This document shows, piece by piece, positions 8,962 to 17,603 of a stretch of DNA of 64,000 nt. A program made the translations under genes and the position numbers. The notes below the pieces were generated by a model that saw only the letters and a list, made by a program, of their open reading frames with translations, had not been told where the DNA came from and searched no databases. Numbering within the stretch: the stretch's first letter is position 1; each line of letters begins with the position of its first letter. Source of the DNA: Eubacteriales bacterium (GTDB taxonomy: Bacteria > Bacillota > Clostridia > Oscillospirales > CAG-272); assembly GCA_045587665.1 (NCBI GenBank), contig JAZNCT010000088.1, positions 13,621-77,620 on the forward strand, written 5' to 3'.

Positions 8962-10485
8962 ATGAACAGATTTCAGTTTGATAAAAAGCTGCGCTATGGC
9001 ACCGTTTCTTTTGCCTTTACAGCAGCGTTTATTGCATTTGTTATTATGGTAAATGTTCTTTTTTCGGCATTTGCCGCAAAGCACCTTTGGTATATAGACA
9101 TGACCCCAGAAACCCTTTATACACTCTCGGATGAATGTGTTGACCTGCTGAAGGATATAAAGAGTCCGGTAAAGATAATATTCTGCGATGACAAAGATGT
9201 TCTCGAAAAGACCGACAACACCCGTCTGGTTTATAACACAGCCCTTCAACTTGCTGAAAGGCTCGATTTTATTGAGGTTGAAAACGTAAATGTTGTGAGA
9301 GACCGCTCTGCTGTTACAAAATATCTCACAACTGCAACCTCTGAAATAAAGACCACCGATGTTATCATCGAAAGCGGCAGTGAATTCAGAAAGGTTTCTC
9401 TCAAGGCATTCTATACATTCAGCGAAATGAGTGCCACAGACCCCTGGGCATATAATGCCGAATCCCGCTTTGCCGCTACTATTATTGCGGTTACAAGAGC
9501 AGAATCTCCTATTTGCGCTCTGCTCACTGGACACGGAGAATCCTCAAAGGATTCTGCCCTCATCAGCCTTGTTTATGATGCCGGTTATGACGTTATCGCT
9601 CTTGATCTTTCAAAGGACGAGATACCCGAGGATTGCCGCCTGATAATATGCAACAACCCAACCTCTGATTTTCTTTCTTCATTTGACGGAGCAAAAGTCA
9701 GCGAGATAGAAAAGCTGGATAAATTTCTTGACGGAAGCAATTCATTTATGGTGTTTGTTTCTCCCCAGACCCCCACTCTTCCGAACCTTGAAGAATATCT
9801 CTATGAATGGGGCATAAAATTTGGAAGAAACGACGGCTATAACTGCATTGTAAATGACACAGCAAACTCTCTTGACACCGAGGGCTACAAGATCGTTGCC
9901 GACTATGTTAAAGAGGAGAACAGCCTCGGCCAGCAGGTCAATGCCGACCTTACTAACGCAGGCTCAGCTCCAAAGATAGTGTTTGAGGACGTTATGCCGA
10001 TCTATCATGCAGATAATTATGATTCATCAGGCCGTTATTCTTCAAACGGATATTCACGCCAGATAAACGACATTTTTGTTACAAGTGCAAATGCCAAGGT
10101 CTTTGCAAATTCAGCAACAGTAAACGCGGCAACAGAAGTGGACAGGATACCCCTTCTCACAATCACAACCGAGAGCACACAGCTGAGCAACACATTAACA
10201 GAACATTCCTATGTTATGGCCTGCGGCTCTATTAACTTTGCAGGAGAAAGTCAGCTTCAGTCAAACGTGCTCGGAAACAGCCGTTCACTCTATTCTATGC
10301 TTAGAATAATGCAAAAGGAGATCGTTTTCATTGATCTTGCCAAAAAGCCTTTTGCAACCGTTAACATCGAAAGCCTCACAAGCTCAGATGCAACCTCCTA
10401 TACCCTGGTTCTTTCTATTATCCCACCAGCTCTTGTTTTTGCCGCCGGCATTATAATAATGATAAAGAGAAAAACCGAACACTGA
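8962..10485 (+). CDS. GldG-like ABC transporter accessory protein
   Basis: 507 aa with N- and C-terminal TM helices flanking a large external domain. Its position after the ABC-2 permease matches the GldA/F/G arrangement. Confidence 0.6.
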   Translation: MNRFQFDKKLRYGTVSFAFTAAFIAFVIMVNVLFSAFAAKHLWYIDMTPETLYTLSDECVDLLKDIKSPVKIIFCDDKDVLEKTDNTRLVYNTALQLAERLDFIEVENVNVVRDRSAVTKYLTTATSEIKTTDVIIESGSEFRKVSLKAFYTFSEMSATDPWAYNAESRFAATIIAVTRAESPICALLTGHGESSKDSALISLVYDAGYDVIALDLSKDEIPEDCRLIICNNPTSDFLSSFDGAKVSEIEKLDKFLDGSNSFMVFVSPQTPTLPNLEEYLYEWGIKFGRNDGYNCIVNDTANSLDTEGYKIVADYVKEENSLGQQVNADLTNAGSAPKIVFEDVMPIYHADNYDSSGRYSSNGYSRQINDIFVTSANAKVFANSATVNAATEVDRIPLLTITTESTQLSNTLTEHSYVMACGSINFAGESQLQSNVLGNSRSLYSMLRIMQKEIVFIDLAKKPFATVNIESLTSSDATSYTLVLSIIPPALVFAAGIIIMIKRKTEH

Positions 10486-10538
10486 AAACAGACTTCTGCA
10501 TATTTCCGCAGATAACATATTAAAGGAAGCTAAGGTAA

Positions 10539-12149
10539 ATGCTTAAAAAACAGGAAAAAATAATAATTATACTTGCCTCGGCTGCGCTGCTGCTGCTTGT
10601 CATTTGGTTTGCAACACGCAATCTGCTGAGGATTGAAGATACCACCCCGGTTGTCACCGACGCCGAAACAAAATATAACGAAGTAAATGCTATCGGAATA
10701 AACGACAAGGTTCTAGTATACGAGGCAACCGAAAAAGATGATATCATAGATATCAAAGTTAAAAACGAACACGGCTCCTACAGAGTTTACCGAGACAAGG
10801 ATAACAACATACAGATCCATGGCTTTGAGGGAGTGCCCTTTCATAGTGAATCCATGTCTGCTCTTATGACAAGCCTGGGTAAGCCCACATCAATGTACAG
10901 AATTGAGAACCCTTCCGATGTTGAGCAGTATGGACTTACCACCCGCACTCTTGAAGACGGAACTGTGAAAGAACCCGCCACCTTTGAAATGACGGCAAAT
11001 AAGACAGTAACAAACGAAAAGGGCGAGCAGGAGACCGTTCAAAAAACCTTTTCAGGCATAGTTGGAGAGAAGATCGTTTCCGGCGGCGGATACTACTTTT
11101 ATTATAACGATACCCCGAATGTGATATATGTTGTTGACACAAGTATTGAAGAAACGGTGCTTGCTCCCGTTGAAACACTTGTTGCACCTATGATAGTTCC
11201 CCCAATGACGGATAATGATTATTTCATCGTTCACGACCTGAAGCTTATGAAGGGCGATGAAACGATTGTTCACATCGACTATATCGAAGAAGAAGACAGA
11301 TCCGGCACAGAAAATGTTACAAGAACATACGAAATGGTAAGCCATCCCGACCTTGTTCCCTCTGCGGAGGCGGTTTCTGGTGCAATGATCGGCTTTCACA
11401 CAGCGGCACAGAACGATGCGCTGTCAACAGTGAGCAATATGTTAACGGTTGTTCAGCTTGGAATTGACAAGGATACCGTTGAAAAATATAATCTGGTTTA
11501 CAAAGTTTCCTATACCTATAAAGATACCGAGACTACACTATATATCAGTCCCCGAAACACAGATGGCAGCTTTTATGCGGCGTCTCCTCTTTTCCAGCAG
11601 GTCGTAAAGGGCGATTCTGAAGTCTTTGATTTTATCACCTGGGATCTTTTTGATTGGGTCGAATCTCCATTCTTCCAGATGAAGATCAATTTTGTTACCG
11701 ATATATCCGTTGAGTCGGGAGACTATAGTGTGACCTTTGATATGGACCACACCGAGCAGCCCGTTGACGATAAGGGAAACAAGCCGGATCCAAAACTGAC
11801 AAAGGTGACCGACAAAAAAACAGGAAAAGAATTTGATGTGGAAAACTTCCGCCAATTCTTCAAGACCCTGCTTTATGCCAGCTATGAGGGCGAATCCGGT
11901 CTGATGAAAGAGGAGATCGAAAGATTTCAGAGCAGTCCCGACAGCGAGGCTCAGCTGATACTCACCATTCACACCGGGGAGGGCAGAGAGCTCAGATACA
12001 GATTCTTCAGATATTCAGAAAGAAGATCCTATGTTGAGCTTAACGGCGAGGGGCAGTTCTATTGCCTCAGCTCTATGGTAGAAAAAATAATAGCTGACGC
12101 CAAGCGAGTTCAAAGCGGTGAGCCTATCGGCAGTACCGATAAATATTAA
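10539..12149 (+). CDS. DUF4340-like membrane-anchored protein
   Basis: 536 aa with one N-terminal TM (IIILASAALLLLVIWFA). It is the fourth gene of the GldA/F/G-type module. The assignment rests on context and architecture. Confidence 0.5.
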   Translation: MLKKQEKIIIILASAALLLLVIWFATRNLLRIEDTTPVVTDAETKYNEVNAIGINDKVLVYEATEKDDIIDIKVKNEHGSYRVYRDKDNNIQIHGFEGVPFHSESMSALMTSLGKPTSMYRIENPSDVEQYGLTTRTLEDGTVKEPATFEMTANKTVTNEKGEQETVQKTFSGIVGEKIVSGGGYYFYYNDTPNVIYVVDTSIEETVLAPVETLVAPMIVPPMTDNDYFIVHDLKLMKGDETIVHIDYIEEEDRSGTENVTRTYEMVSHPDLVPSAEAVSGAMIGFHTAAQNDALSTVSNMLTVVQLGIDKDTVEKYNLVYKVSYTYKDTETTLYISPRNTDGSFYAASPLFQQVVKGDSEVFDFITWDLFDWVESPFFQMKINFVTDISVESGDYSVTFDMDHTEQPVDDKGNKPDPKLTKVTDKKTGKEFDVENFRQFFKTLLYASYEGESGLMKEEIERFQSSPDSEAQLILTIHTGEGRELRYRFFRYSERRSYVELNGEGQFYCLSSMVEKIIADAKRVQSGEPIGSTDKY

Positions 12150-12190
12150 AAAACAGAGCAAGTCAAATTATTAGACTTGCTCTGTTTTTT
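12148..12190 (+). terminator. Intrinsic terminator after the DUF4340-like gene
   Basis: aaaaaacagagcaagtc-aaattatt-agacttgctctgtttttt. Confidence 0.8.
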
Positions 12191-12194
12191 GAAA

Positions 12195-12226
12195 CAAAAA
12201 AGGCTGCCGCTTTTGCGACAGCCTTT
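12195..12226 (-). terminator. Intrinsic terminator of rplJL
   Basis: Minus strand: aggctgtcgc-aaaa-gcggcagcct followed by ttttttg. Confidence 0.7.
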
Positions 12227-12260
12227 GATGTACAGCAAGTTAAAATCGGTAATTTTATAA

Positions 12261-12641
12261 TTACTTGATTGTAACAGTTGCGCCTGCCTCTTCAAGAGAC
12301 TTCTTGAGAGACTCTGCTTCGTCCTTGGAAACGCCTTCCTTAAGAACCTTAGGAGCACCCTCAACGAGTTCCTTAGCTTCCTTAAGGCCAAGACCTGTAA
12401 CTTCACGAACAACCTTGATAACATCGAGCTTCTTAGCACCGAAAGATGTAAGCTCAACGTCAAACTCGGTCTTCTCCTCGCCGCCTGCAGCGGGAGCAGC
12501 ACCGCCTGCAACTGCAACAGCAGCTACGGGAGCAGCGGATACGCCGAATTCTTCTTCAAGAGCCTTTACGAGATCTGCAAGTTCAAGAATAGTAAGTTCC
12601 TTGATTTCGTCAAGGATTTTAGTTGTCTTTTCTGTAGCCAT
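12261..12641 (-). CDS. rplL: 50S ribosomal protein L7/L12
   Basis: [37 protein letters not shown]...Ala/Gly hinge...[56 protein letters not shown]. Confidence 0.97.
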   Translation of the reverse strand: MATEKTTKILDEIKELTILELADLVKALEEEFGVSAAPVAAVAVAGGAAPAAGGEEKTEFDVELTSFGAKKLDVIKVVREVTGLGLKEAKELVEGAPKVLKEGVSKDEAESLKKSLEEAGATVTIK

Positions 12642-12738
12642 TTTAATCTACCTCCGAAAATAATAATAATTTTTAATTTAAATTGCGCGCATATATTCTT
12701 TTATGCGCTTTTTGTTTGGCAGGTACAAGCCAGACCAA

Positions 12739-13254
12739 TTAAGCCTGTGCAGCCTCTCCGCCTTCTTCCTTGTCGATCTTTGCCTGGAGCACATAAGCCA
12801 GTCCGTAAAGAGGAGACTGGAGGCTTCCGAGCATCTTTGCGATAAGGGTCTCCTTTGAGGGGATATCTGCGAGAGAGATAATGGTGTTCTTATCAACAAC
12901 CGCACCGTCGAGATAACCTGCAAGGATCTCAAAGGACTCAACCTTTTCAGCATATTGCTTCATAACCTTGGCAGGAGCTACGGGATCATTTTCGCTGATC
13001 GCAATAGCTGTCATACCGGTCAGGAACTGCTTCATTTCGCCGAGACCTACCTCCTCACAAGCTCTGCCTGTGAGAGTGTTCTTCATAACCATGTACTTAA
13101 CGCCGGCTTTTCTGAGGGCCGCACGGAGCTTTGTATCGTCCTCAACGGTGATACCGCTGTAGTTAACGAGTACGCCCGCGGGAGAGTTCTTCAGAAGCTC
13201 TGCCAGATCGCTAACGGTTTGTTTCTTCTGTTCGAGTATTGCATTACTGGGCAT
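12739..13254 (-). CDS. rplJ: 50S ribosomal protein L10
   Basis: MPSNAILEQKKQTVSDLAELLKNSPAGVLVNYSGITVEDDTKLRAALRKAGVKYMVMKNTL... It lies directly upstream of rplL. Confidence 0.95.
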   Translation of the reverse strand: MPSNAILEQKKQTVSDLAELLKNSPAGVLVNYSGITVEDDTKLRAALRKAGVKYMVMKNTLTGRACEEVGLGEMKQFLTGMTAIAISENDPVAPAKVMKQYAEKVESFEILAGYLDGAVVDKNTIISLADIPSKETLIAKMLGSLQSPLYGLAYVLQAKIDKEEGGEAAQA

Positions 13255-13450
13255 TTCATTTCACCTCCCATTGTGAAAAATCAGACTTAGCAATAAATAT
13301 AAAAAATCTTTCTCCGAAAAGGCTTGCTCCAAAAAAGCGCGCACGAAGAAAGATTGCATAACAAAAAATATTAAAGTTATAAAATCGTTCCTCGGCAGGA
13401 GAGCTGCATAAATGCCGCCTTTACGGAAACCTGCTGTCTTTGGATAACAG
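13255..13450 (-). promoter_or_regulatory. Ribosomal protein L10 leader (autoregulatory 5' UTR)
   Basis: A ~200-nt 5' UTR on the minus strand contains ccaaagacagcaggt...cctgccgagg, the helix typical of Firmicute L10 leaders. It sits between the promoter and the rplJ RBS (gggaggtg). Confidence 0.6.
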
Positions 13451-13453
13451 GGG

Positions 13454-13483
13454 TATTATAGCACAACCTTTTCTGTTTGTCAA
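13454..13483 (-). promoter_or_regulatory. Consensus sigma-A promoter of rplJL
   Basis: Minus strand: TTGACA (rc of 13478-13483), 17 nt, TATAAT (rc of 13455-13460). Confidence 0.65.
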
Positions 13484-13510
13484 TAGTTTTTGAAAATTTT
13501 TTTCACTTTT

Positions 13511-13591
13511 AAAAACAAACGCAAGCCCACTGCGGTTTTCTCTCGCAACTATCTGTTTCCGAGAAAGAAAGCAGTGGGCTTTTGTTTGTTT
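13511..13591. repeat. Miniature palindromic element sharing its termini with the 35.3-36.05 kb element
   Basis: Sequence: aaaaacaaacgcaagcccactgcggttttctctcg...cgagaaagaaagcagtgggcttttgtttgttt. The right terminus gcagtgggcttttgtttg is identical to 36035-36052. The left terminus equals 35330-35347 apart from a 4-nt insertion. Both left termini continue with ttttctc. Confidence 0.7.
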
Positions 13592-13614
13592 AAAATCTTG
13601 CCGCCAAAAAGATC

Positions 13615-15426
13615 TTATTTATTCTTATTATATAGCTCTCGGAAGGCTTTGACCGTTTCGGCAAAATCGGAAATAGCGTCTCTTATGACCTCCGGTTTTG
13701 TAAGATCTATCTCAGCCACCTTTAAGCTGTCAAGAGGGCTTAGCCTGCCGCCGCATCCGAGAAAATCAAGATATTTCTTTATATAGGACTCGCCCTCATT
13801 TTCAATGCGGCGTACTATCGAAGAAGCCGCAGAAATACAGGTAGAATATTTATATACATAAAACCAACTGTAAAAATGAGGAATACGCATCCATTCAAGA
13901 GCTATTTCCTTGTCCGCAACAACATGGCCGCCAAAGTATTTTTCTATCAAAGAATAATACTTTTCACAAAGCAGCTCTTTAGTGAGAGTCTCCCCTTGCT
14001 CGCACAGACTGTGCATGGTCTTTTCAAATTCAGCAAACATCGTCTGCCTGTAGAGAGTTCCCTTATAGGTCTCCATTATCTGATTGAGGATAGAGAGCTT
14101 TTCTTCATCGCTATCAGATTCTCTCAGCTTTTTGTGGGCAAAAAGCAGCTCGTTTACAGTTGAGGCAACCTCGGCAACAAAAATTGTGTAAGAGGATCCC
14201 TGAGGGGTATTTGCCTTTGCCGAAAGATATGAGTGCATAGAATGTCCAGCCTCGTGGGCAAAGGTTGAAACATCATCCAGCTTGCCCGTATAGTTAAGGA
14301 GCATATAGGGGGCTGTGTCATAGCAGCCGGAGCTGTAAGCTCCGCCTCTCTTGCCCTTTGAAGGATAAACGTCAACCCAGTTTTCTTCCTTTATACCTTT
14401 TCTCAGCGTTTCCTGATATTCGCTGCCAAAGACGCCGACCGTGTTAAGAACCTCTTCAGTAGCTTCGTCAAAAGAATATTCCCTTGTACACGACGAGATG
14501 AGTGGTGTATACACATCATACATATGAAGCTTTGAAAGTCCCAAAACCTCTTTTTTAAGGTCATAATAATCAAAAAGCGGTTCAAGCCCATCAGACACAG
14601 TTTCTATAAGATTGTCATAGATATCCGGAGTGACCTCGTCTCTGAAGACAGACGCTGTCTGACTGTTTTCAAATCCCCTTATCTTGGAAAGAGTGACCCT
14701 CTCCTTTACATAAGAATCTATAAGGGCAGACAGCGTATTTCCAAAGCTATCATAGCTCTGATAGAGCTTTTTAAATGCCGACCTTCTCACTCTTCTGTCT
14801 TCGCTCATAAGACGAAGGACATATGTGGCCTCGGTAAGCTCAACAAGCTTTTTCTCTTCGTCTCTTATGCGGCCGAAGGAAAGCTCAGCATTGGCAAAAA
14901 CAGTCCTGATGTTGGAGTGTGAACCAAGGCTCATCTGCATATCGGCAAGGAGCTTTTCATTTTCATCCGAAAGGGTGTGGGGGCGATATCTCTGTTCTGT
15001 CTCTATCTCCCTTTTGTATTCGGCAAGCGGCGGAAAATCCTTCATCCATTTTTCGGTTGTTTCCTTGCTTATCTTAATAATTGTGGGAGAAACAAAGAAT
15101 GCCGCCGAGCCTGCGCTGCAAACAAGATTTCTCATTCTTCCCATAAGAGCCTGATAAAAATTATTTGAAAGATCCAGGTCTGCATTGAGATGAGCATAAA
15201 TATAAAGCTTATCTATAATTCTTTCAAGCCGGGTTTTGTCGCAGAACATCTCATAAAGCTCTTTTGCACCCTTTGCCATAGTGGAGGCGTGTGCGGGAAA
15301 AGCTTCTATAAGATCTTCAGCTTTTTTATAGTCCTTTTCAAAGGCATCCATGTTTTGGTATATGGCACTAAGATCCCATTTATATTTTGCCGGTATATCG
15401 GCTCTGTTCTCATTCATATCATTCAT
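13615..15426 (-). CDS. pepF: Oligoendopeptidase F (M3B family)
   Basis: 603 aa. Zinc motif HEAGHSMH, downstream EVAS/TVNE, N-terminus IPAKYKWDLSAIY typical of PepF. Confidence 0.9.
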   Translation of the reverse strand: MNDMNENRADIPAKYKWDLSAIYQNMDAFEKDYKKAEDLIEAFPAHASTMAKGAKELYEMFCDKTRLERIIDKLYIYAHLNADLDLSNNFYQALMGRMRNLVCSAGSAAFFVSPTIIKISKETTEKWMKDFPPLAEYKREIETEQRYRPHTLSDENEKLLADMQMSLGSHSNIRTVFANAELSFGRIRDEEKKLVELTEATYVLRLMSEDRRVRRSAFKKLYQSYDSFGNTLSALIDSYVKERVTLSKIRGFENSQTASVFRDEVTPDIYDNLIETVSDGLEPLFDYYDLKKEVLGLSKLHMYDVYTPLISSCTREYSFDEATEEVLNTVGVFGSEYQETLRKGIKEENWVDVYPSKGKRGGAYSSGCYDTAPYMLLNYTGKLDDVSTFAHEAGHSMHSYLSAKANTPQGSSYTIFVAEVASTVNELLFAHKKLRESDSDEEKLSILNQIMETYKGTLYRQTMFAEFEKTMHSLCEQGETLTKELLCEKYYSLIEKYFGGHVVADKEIALEWMRIPHFYSWFYVYKYSTCISAASSIVRRIENEGESYIKKYLDFLGCGGRLSPLDSLKVAEIDLTKPEVIRDAISDFAETVKAFRELYNKNK

Positions 15427-15434
15427 CCTTTTTA

Positions 15435-15833
15435 TTAAAATATTTCGCTTGTAGCAGAGGAAAAGGCAATATATTTCAGGTTTGATATAGCCTCAAGACA
15501 GCGTTTTTTCGTTCCGTAACCCTCGCCCGAAGCTATTACATTGCCGTTTTTTGCCCTGACATAAAAATTATATCCGCCATGCTCCCCATCATTTTTCAGC
15601 TCTATCTTTGGGCATTTCATCGGTGTGTTTCCGGGAGTAACACCAAGGTCTGTCTCAGTGGTATCATCAAGAGGAGCATCTGCATTAACTCTCAGACTTG
15701 CAATGCCCTTTTTGCAAACCGACAAGCTTTTATAGCTGCCGCTGTGTGCAAGGGCTATGCCTCCAACGGTCAAAAGTCTGAAGCTGTATTCACCTGCCTC
15801 ATTCTTTTTTATTTCATATCTGCCAACAGCCAT
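15435..15833 (-). CDS. YegP-family (tandem DUF1508) protein
   Basis: Two repeats of the YegP pattern: YEIKKNEAGEYSFRLLTVGGIALAHSGSYKSLSVCKKGIASLRVNA and IELKNDGEHGGYNFYVRAKNGNVIASGEGYGTKKRCLEAISNLK. Confidence 0.7.
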   Translation of the reverse strand: MAVGRYEIKKNEAGEYSFRLLTVGGIALAHSGSYKSLSVCKKGIASLRVNADAPLDDTTETDLGVTPGNTPMKCPKIELKNDGEHGGYNFYVRAKNGNVIASGEGYGTKKRCLEAISNLKYIAFSSATSEIF

Positions 15834-15844
15834 TTTCCCCTCCT

Positions 15845-17008
15845 TTATTCTCTGTCAATGGTTATAACGGCAAAATAACTGCTGTTATATCCATTTATTT
15901 TTTCTTTGATATTGCTATCTATTTCTACGTCACTCTGCTTGATCTCAAAGGGAACGACAACATCAAAGATCAGATTTGTGTGAGTTGTGCCCGGCACTAT
16001 TCTGAAATCATGAATGTTCATTCGCTCGTCAATATTTCTAACAAAATCAAGAACAAGAGCTCTCAGCTCATCTGTCATCGGATCTCCCACAGAAATGGGA
16101 TCAAGGTGGATAACACCCTGAATTCCAAGCTCCGTGTTAAGCTCCTTTTCGATATTGTCAATGGCATCGTGAGAAGAATATATATCCCTTGACCCATCAA
16201 CCTCAACGTGGCAGGATGCAAAGCATCTTCCCGGACCGTAATTATGCACCACAAGATCGTGAATACCAAGCGCCTCCGGGTGAGAAAAAATGATCTCTTT
16301 TATTCTGTCCACAGTATCATTTTCAGGAGCTGTTCCAAGAAGCGAATCGAGTGCCTCTCTCAGTATCCCGATTCCTGCGCGCAGTATAAGCAGAGAAACT
16401 ATTACGCCCATATAAGCATCAAGCTCAATATCAAAAATACGGTATATAACCGTTGCGGCAAGAACTGCGCCGGTTGAAAGGGCATCCGAAAGGCTGTCTG
16501 CAGCGGTCGCCTTCATAACCGACGAATCTATCTTCTTTCCAATTTTGCTGTTAAATACGAAAAGCCAAAGTTTTCCAAGAGCAGAAAGGGCAAGAACAAC
16601 TATTGCCGCAATGCTGGGGTCTGTTTTTTCACCGCCAAAAAATATTTTGACGACCGAATCCTTTGCAAGAGTTATTCCGATAAAAAGAATCAAAAAAGAA
16701 ACTATCATCGAGGCGATATATTCTATCCTTGCATGGCCAAAGGGATGCTCCCTGTCAGCAGGCTTTGAGGATATTCTGAAGCTTATAAGCGAAATTACCG
16801 ATGAGCCTGCATCGGAGAGATTGTTTATGGCATCGGCAGTGATAGCTATAGAGGCACTGAGCGTTCCGATGATGAACTTTCCCGCAAAAAGTATAAGATT
16901 AATTATTATGCCGACAATACCTGATAGCGAACCGTACTTTAGTCTGACGGTGCTGTCGGTATATTTATCGTAGTCCTTAATAAAAATTCGGCAAAGAAGA
17001 TCAGTCAT
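15845..17008 (-). CDS. Cation diffusion facilitator (CDF) family metal efflux transporter
   Basis: ORF 15845..17020; I prefer the ATG at 17008, which follows tggag. It has six TM helices with ADAINNLSDAGSS and ADSLSDALST motifs and a C-terminal cytoplasmic domain (HDLVVHNYGPGRCFASCHVEV). Confidence 0.85.
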   Translation of the reverse strand: MTDLLCRIFIKDYDKYTDSTVRLKYGSLSGIVGIIINLILFAGKFIIGTLSASIAITADAINNLSDAGSSVISLISFRISSKPADREHPFGHARIEYIASMIVSFLILFIGITLAKDSVVKIFFGGEKTDPSIAAIVVLALSALGKLWLFVFNSKIGKKIDSSVMKATAADSLSDALSTGAVLAATVIYRIFDIELDAYMGVIVSLLILRAGIGILREALDSLLGTAPENDTVDRIKEIIFSHPEALGIHDLVVHNYGPGRCFASCHVEVDGSRDIYSSHDAIDNIEKELNTELGIQGVIHLDPISVGDPMTDELRALVLDFVRNIDERMNIHDFRIVPGTTHTNLIFDVVVPFEIKQSDVEIDSNIKEKINGYNSSYFAVITIDRE

Positions 17009-17290
17009 AAAAAACTCCAATCAAAAATACTATTCAAAGTGTATTTTTTATCATATTATTTATCATTTGGCGAGTTTAGATTATATATTCTCCCTTTGTG
17101 GGATAGTTTTTAAATGTAATCTCTCCCTCTCTTTCGATCGCCTTGAGAACAGCTCAAAGAGGACGCTGTATCTGTCCGGCTTTTATTTACATTATATTTT
17201 ATCATCACCTAAATAAAATGTCAACAAAAAGGAAATTTTTTAAGAAAAATTCTGTTTTTTCTTCTCGGTATTTGGTCTTAAAGCGTAACA

Positions 17291-17319
17291 TTGACAAAGA
17301 AATATCTTTGTGCTACAAT
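17291..17319 (+). promoter_or_regulatory. Consensus extended -10 sigma-A promoter (distal, upstream of asnA)
   Basis: TTGACA at 17291-17296, 17 nt, TGcTACAAT ending at 17319. Confidence 0.55.
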
Positions 17320-17336
17320 TTAAAAGAACTTTAAAT

Positions 17337-17564
17337 ATGAAAAAATTCCGACTCATACAAGTCCTCAAGCCGGGTCATAAGCGAAAATTATACCCTTTAT
17401 CTTATTTCAAAGCAGAGATCAATGCCAAGGAAGCAGTGCCGAAGGCATCTTCAAAAGCGCCTGAAAAAACTGTTGTGGCTGAAAAAAAGAAGCGCGGTTC
17501 AAAATCCCCGGTTATCATTCTCCCCTTTCATAACACATTTCTATTGACAAAAATGTCAAAATGA
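17337..17564 (+). CDS. Hypothetical Lys-rich 75-aa ORF between the two asnA-proximal promoters
   Basis: The ATG at 17337 lies about 10 nt after the predicted TSS, with no SD sequence. Product: MKKFRLIQVLKPGHKRKLYPLSYFKAEINAKEAVPKASSKAPEKTVVAEKKKRGSKSPV... Coding status is uncertain. Confidence 0.25.
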   Translation: MKKFRLIQVLKPGHKRKLYPLSYFKAEINAKEAVPKASSKAPEKTVVAEKKKRGSKSPVIILPFHNTFLLTKMSK

Positions 17565-17572
17565 TGTAAAAT
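17544..17572 (+). promoter_or_regulatory. Consensus extended -10 sigma-A promoter (proximal) of asnA
   Basis: TTGACA at 17544-17549, 17 nt, TGtAAAAT ending at 17572. The RBS gaggtg precedes the ATG at 17604. Confidence 0.6.
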
Positions 17573-17603
17573 GTTATGGTATTTTTAAAACAGAGGTGAT
17601 TTC

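Noticed and set aside
12146-12663. ORFs of 123-132 aa overlapping rplL in other frames and on the other strand (12146..12517 -, 12265..12663 +).
   Set aside because: rplL is unmistakable in its own frame. The alternatives are low-complexity Ser/Leu/Arg-rich products of a highly biased gene.
17021-17290. A possible NiCo (czcD) or other metal riboswitch upstream of the CDF transporter gene.
   Set aside because: The minus-strand 5' region is AT-rich with no multi-helix GC structure. I could not find the conserved four-way-junction features. The only hairpin lies upstream of the likely promoter.
17340-17603. A T-box or attenuator leader for asnA.
   Set aside because: There is no GGTGGTACCGCG-like core, no terminator hairpin with a T-run, and a second consensus promoter sits only ~30 nt before the asnA RBS.
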